From an uncultured Clostridium sp. (GTDB taxonomy: Bacteria > Bacillota > Clostridia > TANB77 > CAG-508), in the NCBI GenBank assembly GCA_947368535.1, contig CANBHY010000002.1, positions 169,714 through 233,713 of the forward strand: a stretch of 64,000 nt of DNA, written 5' to 3'. The notes below the pieces were generated by a model, which saw only the letters and a list, made by a program, of their open reading frames with translations, did not search any database and was not told the origin of the DNA. Position numbers and translations under genes: made by a program. Numbering within the stretch: the first letter of the stretch is position 1; each line of letters opens with the position of its first letter. Shown in pieces: positions 31,366 to 42,503 of the stretch.

Positions 31366-33529
31366 ATGAACATAACAGAAAAAATAGCAGCAGAGCTAAA
31401 TATAAAACAATCACAAGTTGAAAGCACAATAAAACTAATAGATGATGGAAATACAATTCCTTTTATTGCACGTTATAGAAAAGAAGCAACAGGAAATCTA
31501 AGTGATGAAACATTAAGAGAGTTTGGAGAAAGATTAACATATTTAAGAAATTTAGAAGCAAGAAAAGAAGAAATAATAAGATTAATAGATGAACAAGGCA
31601 AATTGACAGATGAATTAGTTCAAGCAATAACAAAGGCAGAAATATTATCAGAATTAGAAGATATTTATAGACCCTATAAACAAAAGAAAAGAACAAGAGC
31701 AACAATAGCTAAAGAAAAAGGTTTAGAACCATTAGCAAATATAATATATCTTCAAAATGAAAAGAAAGATATTATAGAAATAGCTAAAGAATATATTAAC
31801 CCAGAAAAAGGCGTAGAAACAGTAGATGATGCAATAAATGGAGCAAAAGACATAATAGCAGAAATAATTTCTGATAATGCAGAATATAGAAGGAAAATGA
31901 AAATATTATGTAATAGAGAAGCTGTAATGACGACTAAAGCTGCAAAAGAAGAAAAATCACCATATGAAATGTATTATGAATTTAATGAATTAGTAAAAAC
32001 TTTGCCAAGCCATAGAATACTAGCTATAAATAGAGGAGAAAAAGAAGAATTTTTAAAAGTAAAAATTGAAAAACCAGATGATAAGGTAGTAGATTTTATA
32101 AAAAATGACATTATAAAAGATAAAACTAGCCAATATAATATGATATTAACAGAAACAATAGAAGATGCTTATAAAAGACTAATTGAACCATCAGTTGACA
32201 GAGAAATAAGAGCAGAATTAACAGAAAAAGCTGAAGAAAAAGCAATAAAAGTATTTGGGAAAAATGCAAAACAATTATTACTACAAGCACCAATAAAAGA
32301 TATAATAGTACTAGGTTTTGACCCTGCATATAGAACAGGATGCAAATTAGCTGTAATAGATTCAAATGGAAAATTATTAGAAACAGCAACAGTATATCCA
32401 ACAGAACCACAAAACGATATAGCCCGGAGCAACAAAAGTAATAGAAGGATTTATAGAAAAATATAAAATAAATATGATAGCTATAGGAAATGGAACAGCA
32501 TCAAGAGAATCAGAAATGTTCATATCAGAGTTAATATCAAAAAATAAAAATGAACTATATTATGCAATAGTAAGTGAAGCAGGAGCATCAGTATATTCTG
32601 CATCAAAACTTGCAACAGAAGAATATCCAGATATAAATGTTTCACTAAGAGGAGCAATATCGATAGCCAGAAGACTTCAAGATCCACTTGCAGAATTAGT
32701 AAAAATAGATCCAAAAGCAATAGGTGTTGGACAATATCAACATGATGTAAACCAAAAGAAATTGTCAGAAAGCCTAACAGGAGTGGTAGAAGATGCCGTA
32801 AATAGTGTAGGAGTTGATGTGAACACAGCAACGCCATCATTACTTTCATACGTATCAGGAATAAATAAAACTATAGCTAAAAATATTGTAGAATACAGAG
32901 ACTCAAATGGAAGTCTAAAACAAAGAAAAGAATTACTAAAAGTTCCAAAGCTAGGTAAAAGTGCATTTGAGCAATGTGCAGGATTCTTAAGAATATTTGG
33001 AGGCAAAAATCCATTAGAAGTAACAGGAGTTCACCCTGAAAGCTACGAAAAAGCAGAAAATTTATTAACAAAAATGGGATATTCTGTGGATGATTTATTA
33101 AAAAATGATAAATTAAGTGAATTAAGGGAAAAATTAAAAAGAATAAATGTAAAAGAACTTTCAAAAGAATTAGATGTTGGTGAACTAACACTGCAAGATA
33201 TAATAAATGAACTATCAAAACCAGGAAGAGATCCTAGAGATGATATGCCAAAACAAATCTTAAGAAGTGATGTATTAAAATTTGAAGATTTGAGAGAAGA
33301 CATGATTCTTAAAGGGACAGTAAGAAATGTAACAGATTTTGGAGCATTTGTAGATATAGGCGTAAAGCATGATGGGCTAGTACATATATCTCAATTATCA
33401 AATAACTTTGTTAAAAATCCATCAGATGTAGTATCTGTAGGAGACATAGTTGATGTAAAGGTAATAGGAATAGATACTGAAAAACAAAAAGTAAGTTTAT
33501 CTATGAAAGATGCTATTACACATAATTAA
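31366..33529 (+). CDS. tex: Tex-family RNA-binding transcriptional accessory protein, split by a +1 break at CGG-A (32425); 720 aa when joined
   Basis: IPFIARYRKE, LGFDPAYRTGCK, IAIGNGTASRE, EAGASVYSAS, IGVGQYQHD, C-terminal S1; the join gives NDIA-G-ATKVIEGFIEKYKINMIAIGNG. Confidence 0.9.
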
Positions 33530-33600
33530 TCAGTTGCTCAATAGGGATATCGTTTTTGACAACTGTATATAAAAAATATAAATAAAAAGGAGAAAAAAGT

Positions 33601-33987
33601 ATGGAAAATCAAGAAATTTTGGTAAAAAAATGTTTGAAATGTGGAGCAACAGTAAAAGTTTTAAAAGATTGTAATTGTAATGGTTGCGGAATAGTTTGCT
33701 GTGGAGAACCTATGAAAGAAATGAAAGCAAACACAGAAGAAGCAGCGGTAGAAAAACATATGCCAACATATGAAATTGTAGATGATAAATTAGTAGTAAA
33801 AGTAAATCATGCAATGGACGAAGAACACTACATTGAATGGATAAGTGTTGTATTTGAAAATAAAGAGATAACAACATATTTAAAACCAGGAGATGAACCA
33901 GTAGCAAGATGTTGCCATTATGAAAAAGGCACAAAAATATATGCATACTGCAATAAACATGGATTATGGATGACAGAAATAAAATAA
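33601..33987 (+). CDS. dfx: Desulfoferrodoxin / superoxide reductase family
   Basis: CLKCG...CCGEPM, VEKHMP, HAMDEEHYIEWI, YCNKHGLW. Confidence 0.9.
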   Translation: MENQEILVKKCLKCGATVKVLKDCNCNGCGIVCCGEPMKEMKANTEEAAVEKHMPTYEIVDDKLVVKVNHAMDEEHYIEWISVVFENKEITTYLKPGDEPVARCCHYEKGTKIYAYCNKHGLWMTEIK

Positions 33988-33988
33988 T

Positions 33989-34027
33989 AAAAAAGAGGCT
34001 ATTCTATTTCAGAATAGCCTCTTTTTT
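33989..34027 (+). terminator. Rho-independent terminator
   Basis: aaaaagaggctattct-atttc-agaatagcctctttttt. Confidence 0.85.
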
Positions 34028-34171
34028 GCTTTACATATTAACAATTACAGGAAAACGTGTTATAATAAAGTCTGCACTAAATTAAAAATAATGGGAGAAC
34101 AGTATCCCAGAAAGGAGAGAATAAAACTTAATATTGTAACTAGTAAACCACACAACATAGGAGGAAAATCC

Positions 34172-35611
34172 ATGAGAAGAAAGCATCAACAGACACTTGG
34201 CAAACGGGAATATATAAAGAATAACCCAAGTAGCTATCACCAGCACATAGGTAAGATCCACTATGAAAAAGTATCAGAAGAAAGAAATGGTATCACGCAG
34301 AATCCTGAAGAGATCAAGCAGTCAATTGAAGCGGCTAGAAATAGCAAAATGGTAAGAAGCATAGCAAAAATCACAGAAAACGTGGTATTAATTGCTCTTC
34401 TTTTTGCTATAGCAATATGCGTTTTCTGGCTTTGGAAAGAACCGGAGGATAAACAGGAAAATGTCATCTTAAGGCATTACAGCGAAGTATTAAGAAAGCT
34501 AGACAATGAGCCAGAAGACATAACTGCGTCACCATATCAATCAAATGTCCCGAAAGTAATACAAAAAGATATTGATAAGATGTTAGCTATGGGCGAAGAT
34601 GCGAGTATAGTCTACTATAACGATGAAAGAGATCAAATCGTGATTGAAGCTTCAGATCAAGGAGAAAATGGCTACAAAATTTACTTCAGAGAAGCTGTTT
34701 CTCCATATTCTTCAATGTCCGTAGAGGAACTAAAAGAAAATATATCATTTTACAAGCAAGGTGATACATTAGTAATATATGGTGGTGAATCCGGCATAAG
34801 AAGAATAGATAGATATACCATGAACAACAAAATCATGGATTGGGATCGACTAGACAATTATTTATTAGACACATACGGAACCGATGCATCAGAAGAAGAA
34901 ATAAATAATGCAAGGTATTTCAGCGACAATTGCACATTAACGCGAAAAGGTTCAGAGTTTTCTTTATATAGATTAGGTGAAAAAATATATACAAAAAACT
35001 TTAGCAGCGGTGAGATAAAACAGTGGAACTATGACTACCTACAAAGCGCTGATGGAGATTGCTATAATGTGTATTATTGTACAGATTTAAATAATCCCTG
35101 GATAAAGTTCGCAAAAGTAGCAGAAAATGTTGACGAAATCTTAACAGAAGAAGACATTACTATGCTCGATAATGACGGATATAATATGTATTTCGCGCTG
35201 CTTAGGATTGGAAATAAAAAATATGCTCAGCTTCCTGATCTAGAGGCAGAAAGAATCTATGGCCAAAATTATGGTAGAAATAGAAAAGATGATGACGATT
35301 TAGAAGTAGATTTTACAACTAGGTTAGTGGAGGTTTCTGCGTTAAGCAGCTCAAGAGTGGAACTTGTATGCAAAGAGGAGGACTATAGAGGCAATAGATA
35401 TGTATGGTATCTAAATTACTATTTCGAATCAGGAGATAGAGAAGGATATATTGCAAGACGCATCAAAGGATTAGACAGCAAGGTATCAGAAGTAATACCA
35501 CCAGAAAAAATTGGTATGTTTGCTGATAAGACAATTTCAGTTGATGAAGTTGAAGAATATATAAATCAGTTGAGAATACTTTATGACGAATATACCGACA
35601 ATACATTTTAA
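34172..35611 (+). CDS. Orphan single-pass membrane protein, GC-richer, own promoter and terminator
   Basis: About 480 aa from ATG 34172 after AGGAGG; one TM near aa 70-90; hairpin at 35633-35665. Confidence 0.72.
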   Translation: MRRKHQQTLGKREYIKNNPSSYHQHIGKIHYEKVSEERNGITQNPEEIKQSIEAARNSKMVRSIAKITENVVLIALLFAIAICVFWLWKEPEDKQENVILRHYSEVLRKLDNEPEDITASPYQSNVPKVIQKDIDKMLAMGEDASIVYYNDERDQIVIEASDQGENGYKIYFREAVSPYSSMSVEELKENISFYKQGDTLVIYGGESGIRRIDRYTMNNKIMDWDRLDNYLLDTYGTDASEEEINNARYFSDNCTLTRKGSEFSLYRLGEKIYTKNFSSGEIKQWNYDYLQSADGDCYNVYYCTDLNNPWIKFAKVAENVDEILTEEDITMLDNDGYNMYFALLRIGNKKYAQLPDLEAERIYGQNYGRNRKDDDDLEVDFTTRLVEVSALSSSRVELVCKEEDYRGNRYVWYLNYYFESGDREGYIARRIKGLDSKVSEVIPPEKIGMFADKTISVDEVEEYINQLRILYDEYTDNTF

Positions 35612-35678
35612 GTTTTAGACTCACAAATCGAAAGCGAACGTCCCGGATTTCTGGGGCGTTCGCGCATTATATTAAAAC

Positions 35679-36923
35679 TTAGTTAGAATTAAATTCTTCT
35701 TTTAGATATAATTTAGTGGCTGTATCCGGACTATAAATTCCGGCAGGGTCCTTAATAGGAGCGAATTCTTTTTCTTCTTGAACACGTAAAAGAGTAATAT
35801 TATCAAAAAATCTAAAAGAATCAAAAATAAAAGTTTCAAATTTATATGAATTTGGTTCCTCAGGAACAATTTTCATTCCTTCATCATTAATATAAGTATT
35901 TTTCTTAGTTGCCCTATGATAAGGCAAATCAATATTAGAAATTTTTTCTAAAGCATCAATAGAAAATAAATGACACAAAATATTTATTTCTCTATACAAA
36001 AATCTACCATCAATATTAGCAGTAGTAATTTCTTCAGTAATACGTTCATAGCCAAGCATAGCAGGCTTAGAATCTTTTTTACAAAAAACCCAATCCTTTG
36101 AATAAGGATCTTTTTTAAAAATAGTTTTAGCTCCAATCTCTGTACCATTATTAATCGTTAAAGCCAAAAATATCGGATCTGCAACTTTAACTAGTATATT
36201 ATCTATACCAGATACAAAAATCCATTTTATGCCCCTTTTTTTCATGTCTGAGACCATATTATTTGTTGCTAACGATTCAAATAAATTACCATTACCATTT
36301 GATGCCTCATAAACTTGATAAGTTTCACGTAGAAGAATATTTCCAGAAGTATCAATTAAAGGCAATTTATTTTGAATAAAAAAATGTATATTATTTTTGT
36401 CATAATCAAAATAATTTTTTGACTCAAAATAATTAATTGTATCTTTATTATTAGTTTCACTAGTCATTATATACCAAGGTATTTGAATATTATAACGTTT
36501 ATTAGCTTGTTTAATTTTATCTGCTAAAATTTCAAAAAGAGAGGATTTTTTAGGAGATAAATTTAATTCAAAAGTACCTTTTGGACCTTTATGTCCAAGT
36601 CTAGTACCTTGACCGCCAGCCATTGTAACAACAGCATATTGACCTTGTTTTAAAATTTCAGTACCTTGATTTTCTAAAAGTCTACGCTCTTTAACAGATA
36701 TTTCATTTTTTATAAAATAATCAAGAGGCTCTAGAATTTCACCTTGAGGAATAGAGATAGTTTTTAATGATCTAAATAAAGAGTCCACTTTTTCAAAATC
36801 AATAGTAGATAATTGATTTAATAGCTTAGACTTTTTATTATCACTCAGTTCATCAAAAAAGCGAAGTAAATGTTCTTGATTATATTTTTTTAATGTTTCT
36901 TGAATACAGACGAGATCAGGCAT
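35679..36923 (-). CDS. UDP-N-acetylhexosamine pyrophosphorylase (UDPGP/UAP family)
   Basis: MAGGQGTRLG..GPKG, PWYIMTS, SNGNG, GIDNIL, KFETFIFD, EFAPIK. Confidence 0.88.
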   Translation of the reverse strand: MPDLVCIQETLKKYNQEHLLRFFDELSDNKKSKLLNQLSTIDFEKVDSLFRSLKTISIPQGEILEPLDYFIKNEISVKERRLLENQGTEILKQGQYAVVTMAGGQGTRLGHKGPKGTFELNLSPKKSSLFEILADKIKQANKRYNIQIPWYIMTSETNNKDTINYFESKNYFDYDKNNIHFFIQNKLPLIDTSGNILLRETYQVYEASNGNGNLFESLATNNMVSDMKKRGIKWIFVSGIDNILVKVADPIFLALTINNGTEIGAKTIFKKDPYSKDWVFCKKDSKPAMLGYERITEEITTANIDGRFLYREINILCHLFSIDALEKISNIDLPYHRATKKNTYINDEGMKIVPEEPNSYKFETFIFDSFRFFDNITLLRVQEEKEFAPIKDPAGIYSPDTATKLYLKEEFNSN

Positions 36924-36936
36924 CGTACAACCTCCA

Positions 36937-37734
36937 TTACGACATAGCATTAGACAAATTTTTTAATAAAACTTTTTTATCAGGGATATCAGATTTCTCT
37001 AATTTTGCAATTTCTTTTTCTACATTATAAGGCAGTCTAACTAAATTAATAGAATAAGAAGAAATTTCTTTAGAATCTAAAACTCCCTCTAATATAATGT
37101 ATGAAGAAATTGTCGAAAAGTGAGCTAATTCTATATCTGTATCATCATTATCTATTTCTATAGGAAGACCGACACTTCCAGTATTAAATATAGTTTTATT
37201 TTTAAACCTAAACATATTTGGAGAATGAATATGAGCATATCCTATAATATCAGGAACAGGATCTTTATCATTTTTTCCAATAAATTTAGTATTTTTAAAT
37301 AATTCCATTGGATCTAATATTTCAAAATTTTTATAATCTTTACTATCAACATTAGAATGTAAAGGGTTAAAAATGTGTTTCATACTTAAAGGAGAAGCGT
37401 GAAAAATTCTTACTAAATGACCACTTAAATAAAAGTCATAAGAAATAGGTAAATTTCCTAACCAATCTACATTTTTTGGGCTCATATGTTCAACTGTCCA
37501 TTTTTGTAATTTAACAACACAGTTATGAGCCAGTAAATGATCACAATTACCTCTGACAACAACTTCACAATTTTTACGAATAAGATTTGTAACTTCATTA
37601 GGGGATACGCCTTTAATTGCAATGTCACCTAAACAATAAATATGTGTAATACCTCTAGACTTAATGTCAGATAAAACTGTTTCCAAAGCTGTAAGATTTC
37701 CATGTATATCAGCAATAATAGCTATTTTATCCAT
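36937..37734 (-). CDS. Calcineurin-like metallophosphoesterase
   Basis: ADIHGN, LGD, RGNCD, FHASP, AHIH, NTGSVG. Confidence 0.88.
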   Translation of the reverse strand: MDKIAIIADIHGNLTALETVLSDIKSRGITHIYCLGDIAIKGVSPNEVTNLIRKNCEVVVRGNCDHLLAHNCVVKLQKWTVEHMSPKNVDWLGNLPISYDFYLSGHLVRIFHASPLSMKHIFNPLHSNVDSKDYKNFEILDPMELFKNTKFIGKNDKDPVPDIIGYAHIHSPNMFRFKNKTIFNTGSVGLPIEIDNDDTDIELAHFSTISSYIILEGVLDSKEISSYSINLVRLPYNVEKEIAKLEKSDIPDKKVLLKNLSNAMS

Positions 37735-37860
37735 AATTTAATCCCCTTTCAAAAAGTAATATTTATAAAGTAAATAAATTAAACCACATGAACAAGCAAA
37801 AGTAAAGCAGATAAAAGTATATTTTAAAAACATAAGTAAATAATAAAAAAAGGTGATAAG

Positions 37861-38967
37861 ATGTACGAACTAAATTCAAGAAAATCAAAGAATATATATG
37901 TATTATTATTAATAATGATACTAGTTGCCTTTTTTACAATAATTGCATATACACTAGTATTAAGTAATAAAAAATATGAACCTTTGTCAAATGTTACAGC
38001 AAAAACTATAGTAAGAGAAAAGGTTGAAGAAGTTAACATAGAAGATGTATTAGAAAATATAACAGAAAGTACAGTAGGAATTTCAAAGTTAAAAGATATA
38101 GGAACAACTATATTTCTAGAACATAGTATAGAAAATTTAAATTTAGGAAGTGGAATAATAATTTCAGATAAAGGATATATATTAACAAATGCGCATGTAG
38201 CAGGGGACATATATAGTATATGCTATATAACATTAAAAAATGGGGTAACAGATAATGGAACAGTAATATGGTCAAACGAAGATTTAGATTTAGCAATAAT
38301 AAAAACAAATATAAAAAATCTACCAGTAGCAAAACTAGGAGACTCAGATGAAATACGATTAGGAAGTAAAGTATATGCAATAGGAAATCCATTAGGATAT
38401 GAATTACAAAGAACGGTAACGTCAGGAATAATAAGCGGAATAAATAGAACAATAAAAGTTGAAAACGAAAATAAAAAGACATATTTTGAAGGATTATTGC
38501 AAACTGATGCAACAATAAACGAAGGAAATAGTGGAGGAGCATTAATAAATGAATATGGAGAAGTATTAGGAATTACTACACTAAAAATAGAAGAAAGCGA
38601 AGGAATAGGATTTGCAATACCAATAAATATAGTAAAACCAATAATAAAAAAAATAAATGAAACAGGAAAATTTGAGGAACCATATATAGGAATATATGGT
38701 TATGATAAAGAAGCGGTAGCATATTTGAGTCAAAATATAGAATTAGAAAAAGGAATATATATTGAAGAAATAGATAAAAAAGGTCCACTTAAAAATAGCA
38801 ATATTATAAAAGGCGATATTTTAGAGAAAATAGACGGAATAAAAGTAGAAACAATGAATGATTTAAAAAAATATGTTTATGAAAAAAATATAGGAGATGA
38901 AGTAACATTAACTATAAAAAGAAATAAAAAGAAGTTTGAAGTAAAAATAAAATTGGAAAAGTTATAA
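37861..38967 (+). CDS. htrA: HtrA-family serine protease with PDZ domain
   Basis: TM, ILTNAHV, DLAIIK, QTDATINEGNSGGAL, PDZ. Confidence 0.92.
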   Translation: MYELNSRKSKNIYVLLLIMILVAFFTIIAYTLVLSNKKYEPLSNVTAKTIVREKVEEVNIEDVLENITESTVGISKLKDIGTTIFLEHSIENLNLGSGIIISDKGYILTNAHVAGDIYSICYITLKNGVTDNGTVIWSNEDLDLAIIKTNIKNLPVAKLGDSDEIRLGSKVYAIGNPLGYELQRTVTSGIISGINRTIKVENENKKTYFEGLLQTDATINEGNSGGALINEYGEVLGITTLKIEESEGIGFAIPINIVKPIIKKINETGKFEEPYIGIYGYDKEAVAYLSQNIELEKGIYIEEIDKKGPLKNSNIIKGDILEKIDGIKVETMNDLKKYVYEKNIGDEVTLTIKRNKKKFEVKIKLEKL

Positions 38968-39089
38968 TAATGGTTGCCAATGGAGACGTCCATTTGACAA
39001 CCATTGATACAAAAGTTTACATAAGCCATAGAAAATGATATAATTAATATGTAGACAATGGTCACGACAATCAAAGGAGGTACTCTATA

Positions 39090-39392
39090 ATGAGAGTAAA
39101 GAAACGGACTATGTTGTGGATCGTTTGGGTGATTCTGTGGATAGTAGGCAGCAAGATGCTGGCTGGAATGGGAGTGTTACACAACAGAAGTATAGTATAT
39201 CTTCTCATCGAAGCCTTGATTAGCTGCTTTGCTTCTACAGTCATGATTCGTCACAAGCTGATCAAGTGGATAATCTTCGTTTATCTGGGACTGAATCTGA
39301 TATTCTGTTTCAATATCGTCGGATTCTTCTGCTTCGGCATGAGTATGTGGCTGTATTACATTACCAAGAAGCACACACAACCTACCACATGA
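39090..39392 (+). CDS. Orphan small membrane protein (3-4 TM), GC-richer, own promoter and terminator
   Basis: 100 aa, AAAGGAGG RBS, TTTACA/TATAAT, hairpin at ~39412-39443. Confidence 0.7.
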   Translation: MRVKKRTMLWIVWVILWIVGSKMLAGMGVLHNRSIVYLLIEALISCFASTVMIRHKLIKWIIFVYLGLNLIFCFNIVGFFCFGMSMWLYYITKKHTQPTT

Positions 39393-39554
39393 GAAAAGAC
39401 AGTATTCCGAAAAAAAGGGGAGCGGATGCGCTCCCCCGTTTTTATTTTAAAATTATTCTAAAGTCATGTGTCGAACACCGTCGAAGCAAGGGGAACGAAA
39501 ACAGTTGACAATAAACAGAAATCATTTTATATTAAAAAAACGGAGGAGAACAAA

Positions 39555-39855
39555 ATGAAAAAACTTTATTCAGGAATTATACTAAATGGCGAAGAGTTAC
39601 TAGAATCAAATAGTAACAGAATAGAATTAAAGTATTACAAAATATTAAATGATGATGTTAAGAATTCAAAAGTATATGGATTAGAAATCGTTAAAAAAGA
39701 ATATATTCGGAAAAGAAACATTAGAAGAAAAGCAAAATATAACCAATTTAACGACAAACGAAAAAACAATAAATAAAGTATTGTACATATTAAGAAAAAA
39801 TACAGTAACACCAGTAGCACTACAAGATGTGCTACAAGAAGTATTATCAGTATAA
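39555..39855 (+). CDS. DUF6514-like small protein split by a +1 break at CGG-A (39708); 99 aa when joined
   Basis: ATG 39555 after GGAGGAG; join reads YGLEIVKKEYI-G-KETLEEKQNITNLTTNEKTINKVLYILRKNTVTPVALQDVLQEV; family assignment is from recognition, not a search. Confidence 0.65.
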
Positions 39856-39970
39856 AAATTATACAAGAAGGCTCTACTTAAACTACAAGTAGAGTCTTTT
39901 TGTATAGATACAAGCTGTTTAATTTACGTTTAATAAAAACTATGATATACTAACTAAAAATAAAAAAGAG

Positions 39971-42466
39971 GTGATGAAAATAAGAAGATACGAAGAAGAA
40001 TTAGATGAAGAAGATATACCAAAATCAGTAGCCAAAATGAAGAAAAAAAATCAAACATCAAAAAACAAACATATGGCGGAAGAACCTAAAAAAAGAAAGT
40101 CACCAACAAAATCAAGAAAAAAGAAACAAGAAGAGGAAATTCTAGAAGAAGAACCAAAAAAGAAAAGCAAAATAAAAAAAGTAATAAAAATAGCAATCCT
40201 AATATTAATAGCAATATTAATATTAAACTTAATTATTTCTACAGCAAGATGGAGAAAATTAGCAAAAGATATGCTAGTTAGTCAATATTCAGTAGTATTA
40301 GATTCAGAAGGAAATACAATAGCGCAAATAGGAGATACAAAAATAAAAACAACCGTATCTTCAGAAGAAATACCAGAGATATTAAAAGAAGCATATGTAT
40401 CAATTGAAGACGAAAGATTTTACAAACATCATGGAGTAGATGGAAAAAGAACTGTTGCAGCAACAGGATCGTATTTAATACATTTTGGAAAATCTTCTTT
40501 TGGAGGAAGCACAATAACACAGCAACTAGTTAAAAATATGACAGGAGACTCAACAACAAGTATCACAAGAAAAATAAAAGAATGGTGGAAAGCATGGAAT
40601 CTAGAAGGATGCGCAAGCAAAGATGAAATAATAACTTGCTATTTAAATACTATATATGTTGGACCAAACATATATGGAGTAGAAGCAGGTGCACAGTACT
40701 ACTTTAGTAAATCAGCAAAAGATTTAAGTATAGAAGAATGTGCATTTTTAGCAGGAATAAATCACTCACCTAACTCTTATAATCCATATATAGAATCTGA
40801 TAATTCAGAAAAAATTAAAAAAAGAACGAAAACAGTTTTAAATAAATTAGAAGAATTAAATAAAATATCAAGCTCCGAATGTGATGAAGCAATAGCAAAA
40901 GTTAATGAAGGATTAAACTTTAAAAAAGCACAACAAGAATCTGGAGATGGAATATACTCATATCATACAGATGCACTTATAAATCAAGTAACAGACGAAG
41001 TAAAAGATAAATATAAAATACCAAAACAATTTGCACAAAATTATTTAGAATTATCTGGATCAACTATATACAGTACACAAAATACAAATATTCAAAAAAA
41101 TATAGAAGAAGAATTTGAAAAAGAAAAATATCAATTAGCATCAAATATAGGTGGAGAACATTCACAAGCGGCTATGGTAATAATAGACCACTCAACAGGT
41201 GAAGTATTAGGATGTACAGGAGGACTTGGAGAAAAAACAGAATCACGACCACTTAATAGAGCAACACAAAGTATAAGACAAACCGGTTCAAGTATAAAGC
41301 CAATTGCAGTTGTAGCACCAGCAATAGATAAAAAAATAATAACAGCAGCTACAATGGTAGATGATACAGAAAGAGATTTTGCAGAAGGATATCACCCAAT
41401 AGACTATACATCACCATTAGGTGAAATAACAGTAAGAAGAGCTATAGAATCGTCACAGAATGTGCCATTTGTAGAAATAATGGAAGATTTAACTCCAAAA
41501 ACATCCATGAAATATTTAAAGAAAATGGGAATATCAACATTAACTGAAGACGATGAAAGTTTAGCACTAGCATTAGGCGGATTAGATAAAGGAATAAGTC
41601 CATTAGAAATGGCAGGAGCATATGCAACAATAGCTAATAATGGTCAATATATAGAACCAACATTCTATACAGAAGTTAAAAGAAATAATGGTAAAACATT
41701 AGTAAAAACTAAACAAAAGAAAACAAAAGTATTTTCAGAAGAGGTTGCATACATAATGCAAGAACTATTAACACAGCCAATAATAGGAAATCATGGAACC
41801 GCAAAATATTGTGGTATAAATGGAATAGATATAGCTGCAAAAACAGGAACGACAGATGATAACTACGATAGATGGTTATGCGGATTTTCACCATATTATA
41901 CATGTGTATGTTGGTATGGATATGATCAATGTGAAAGTATAGATTATAATAAAAGAAATCCATCTGGATTATTATGGGCAAATGTAATGTCAAGAATACA
42001 TACAGGTTTAGAAGGAAGAAGATTTGAAAAGCCAGATAAAATAGAAGTGTTAACAATATGTGATGAGACAGGTAAAATAGCAAAAACTGGTTGCCAAAAT
42101 ACGCATAAAGAAAATTTCTTAAAAAATACAAAACCAGATGTATGTGAAATACATGGTGGAAGTGAAATACTAAGCGATTCATATTATAAAGACACTAATT
42201 CAGGAACAATACAAGCGCCGGTAAATGAAATAACAGCACCAGAAGAAGAAACAAGAACTACAACACCAGCAAAAACTGAAAATATAATAGAAAATAAACC
42301 AAAAGAAACGCAGGAACCGCTAGTAACAACAAAACCAAGTGAAGAACCAACACAAACAACAACCACAACACCTTCTGAAACGACAACGCCAACATCTACT
42401 CCATCAACAACGCCAAGTGAACCAGAAACAAGTAATACACCAGATATAGAAGATAAAATAGAGTAA
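39971..42466 (+). CDS. ponA: Class A penicillin-binding protein (PBP1A) with Thr/Pro-rich tail
   Basis: EDERFYKHHG, GGSTITQQL, RKIKE; SSIK, SQN, KTG transpeptidase motifs. Confidence 0.92.
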   Translation: MMKIRRYEEELDEEDIPKSVAKMKKKNQTSKNKHMAEEPKKRKSPTKSRKKKQEEEILEEEPKKKSKIKKVIKIAILILIAILILNLIISTARWRKLAKDMLVSQYSVVLDSEGNTIAQIGDTKIKTTVSSEEIPEILKEAYVSIEDERFYKHHGVDGKRTVAATGSYLIHFGKSSFGGSTITQQLVKNMTGDSTTSITRKIKEWWKAWNLEGCASKDEIITCYLNTIYVGPNIYGVEAGAQYYFSKSAKDLSIEECAFLAGINHSPNSYNPYIESDNSEKIKKRTKTVLNKLEELNKISSSECDEAIAKVNEGLNFKKAQQESGDGIYSYHTDALINQVTDEVKDKYKIPKQFAQNYLELSGSTIYSTQNTNIQKNIEEEFEKEKYQLASNIGGEHSQAAMVIIDHSTGEVLGCTGGLGEKTESRPLNRATQSIRQTGSSIKPIAVVAPAIDKKIITAATMVDDTERDFAEGYHPIDYTSPLGEITVRRAIESSQNVPFVEIMEDLTPKTSMKYLKKMGISTLTEDDESLALALGGLDKGISPLEMAGAYATIANNGQYIEPTFYTEVKRNNGKTLVKTKQKKTKVFSEEVAYIMQELLTQPIIGNHGTAKYCGINGIDIAAKTGTTDDNYDRWLCGFSPYYTCVCWYGYDQCESIDYNKRNPSGLLWANVMSRIHTGLEGRRFEKPDKIEVLTICDETGKIAKTGCQNTHKENFLKNTKPDVCEIHGGSEILSDSYYKDTNSGTIQAPVNEITAPEEETRTTTPAKTENIIENKPKETQEPLVTTKPSEEPTQTTTTTPSETTTPTSTPSTTPSEPETSNTPDIEDKIE

Positions 42467-42503
42467 AGAAAACGCACTACTTTTAATGTAGTGCGTTTAT
42501 TTA

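Noticed and set aside
39468-39776. 102-aa ORF-track call
   Set aside because: The upstream extension covers the promoter; the true start is ATG 39555 and the tail is the unshifted frame
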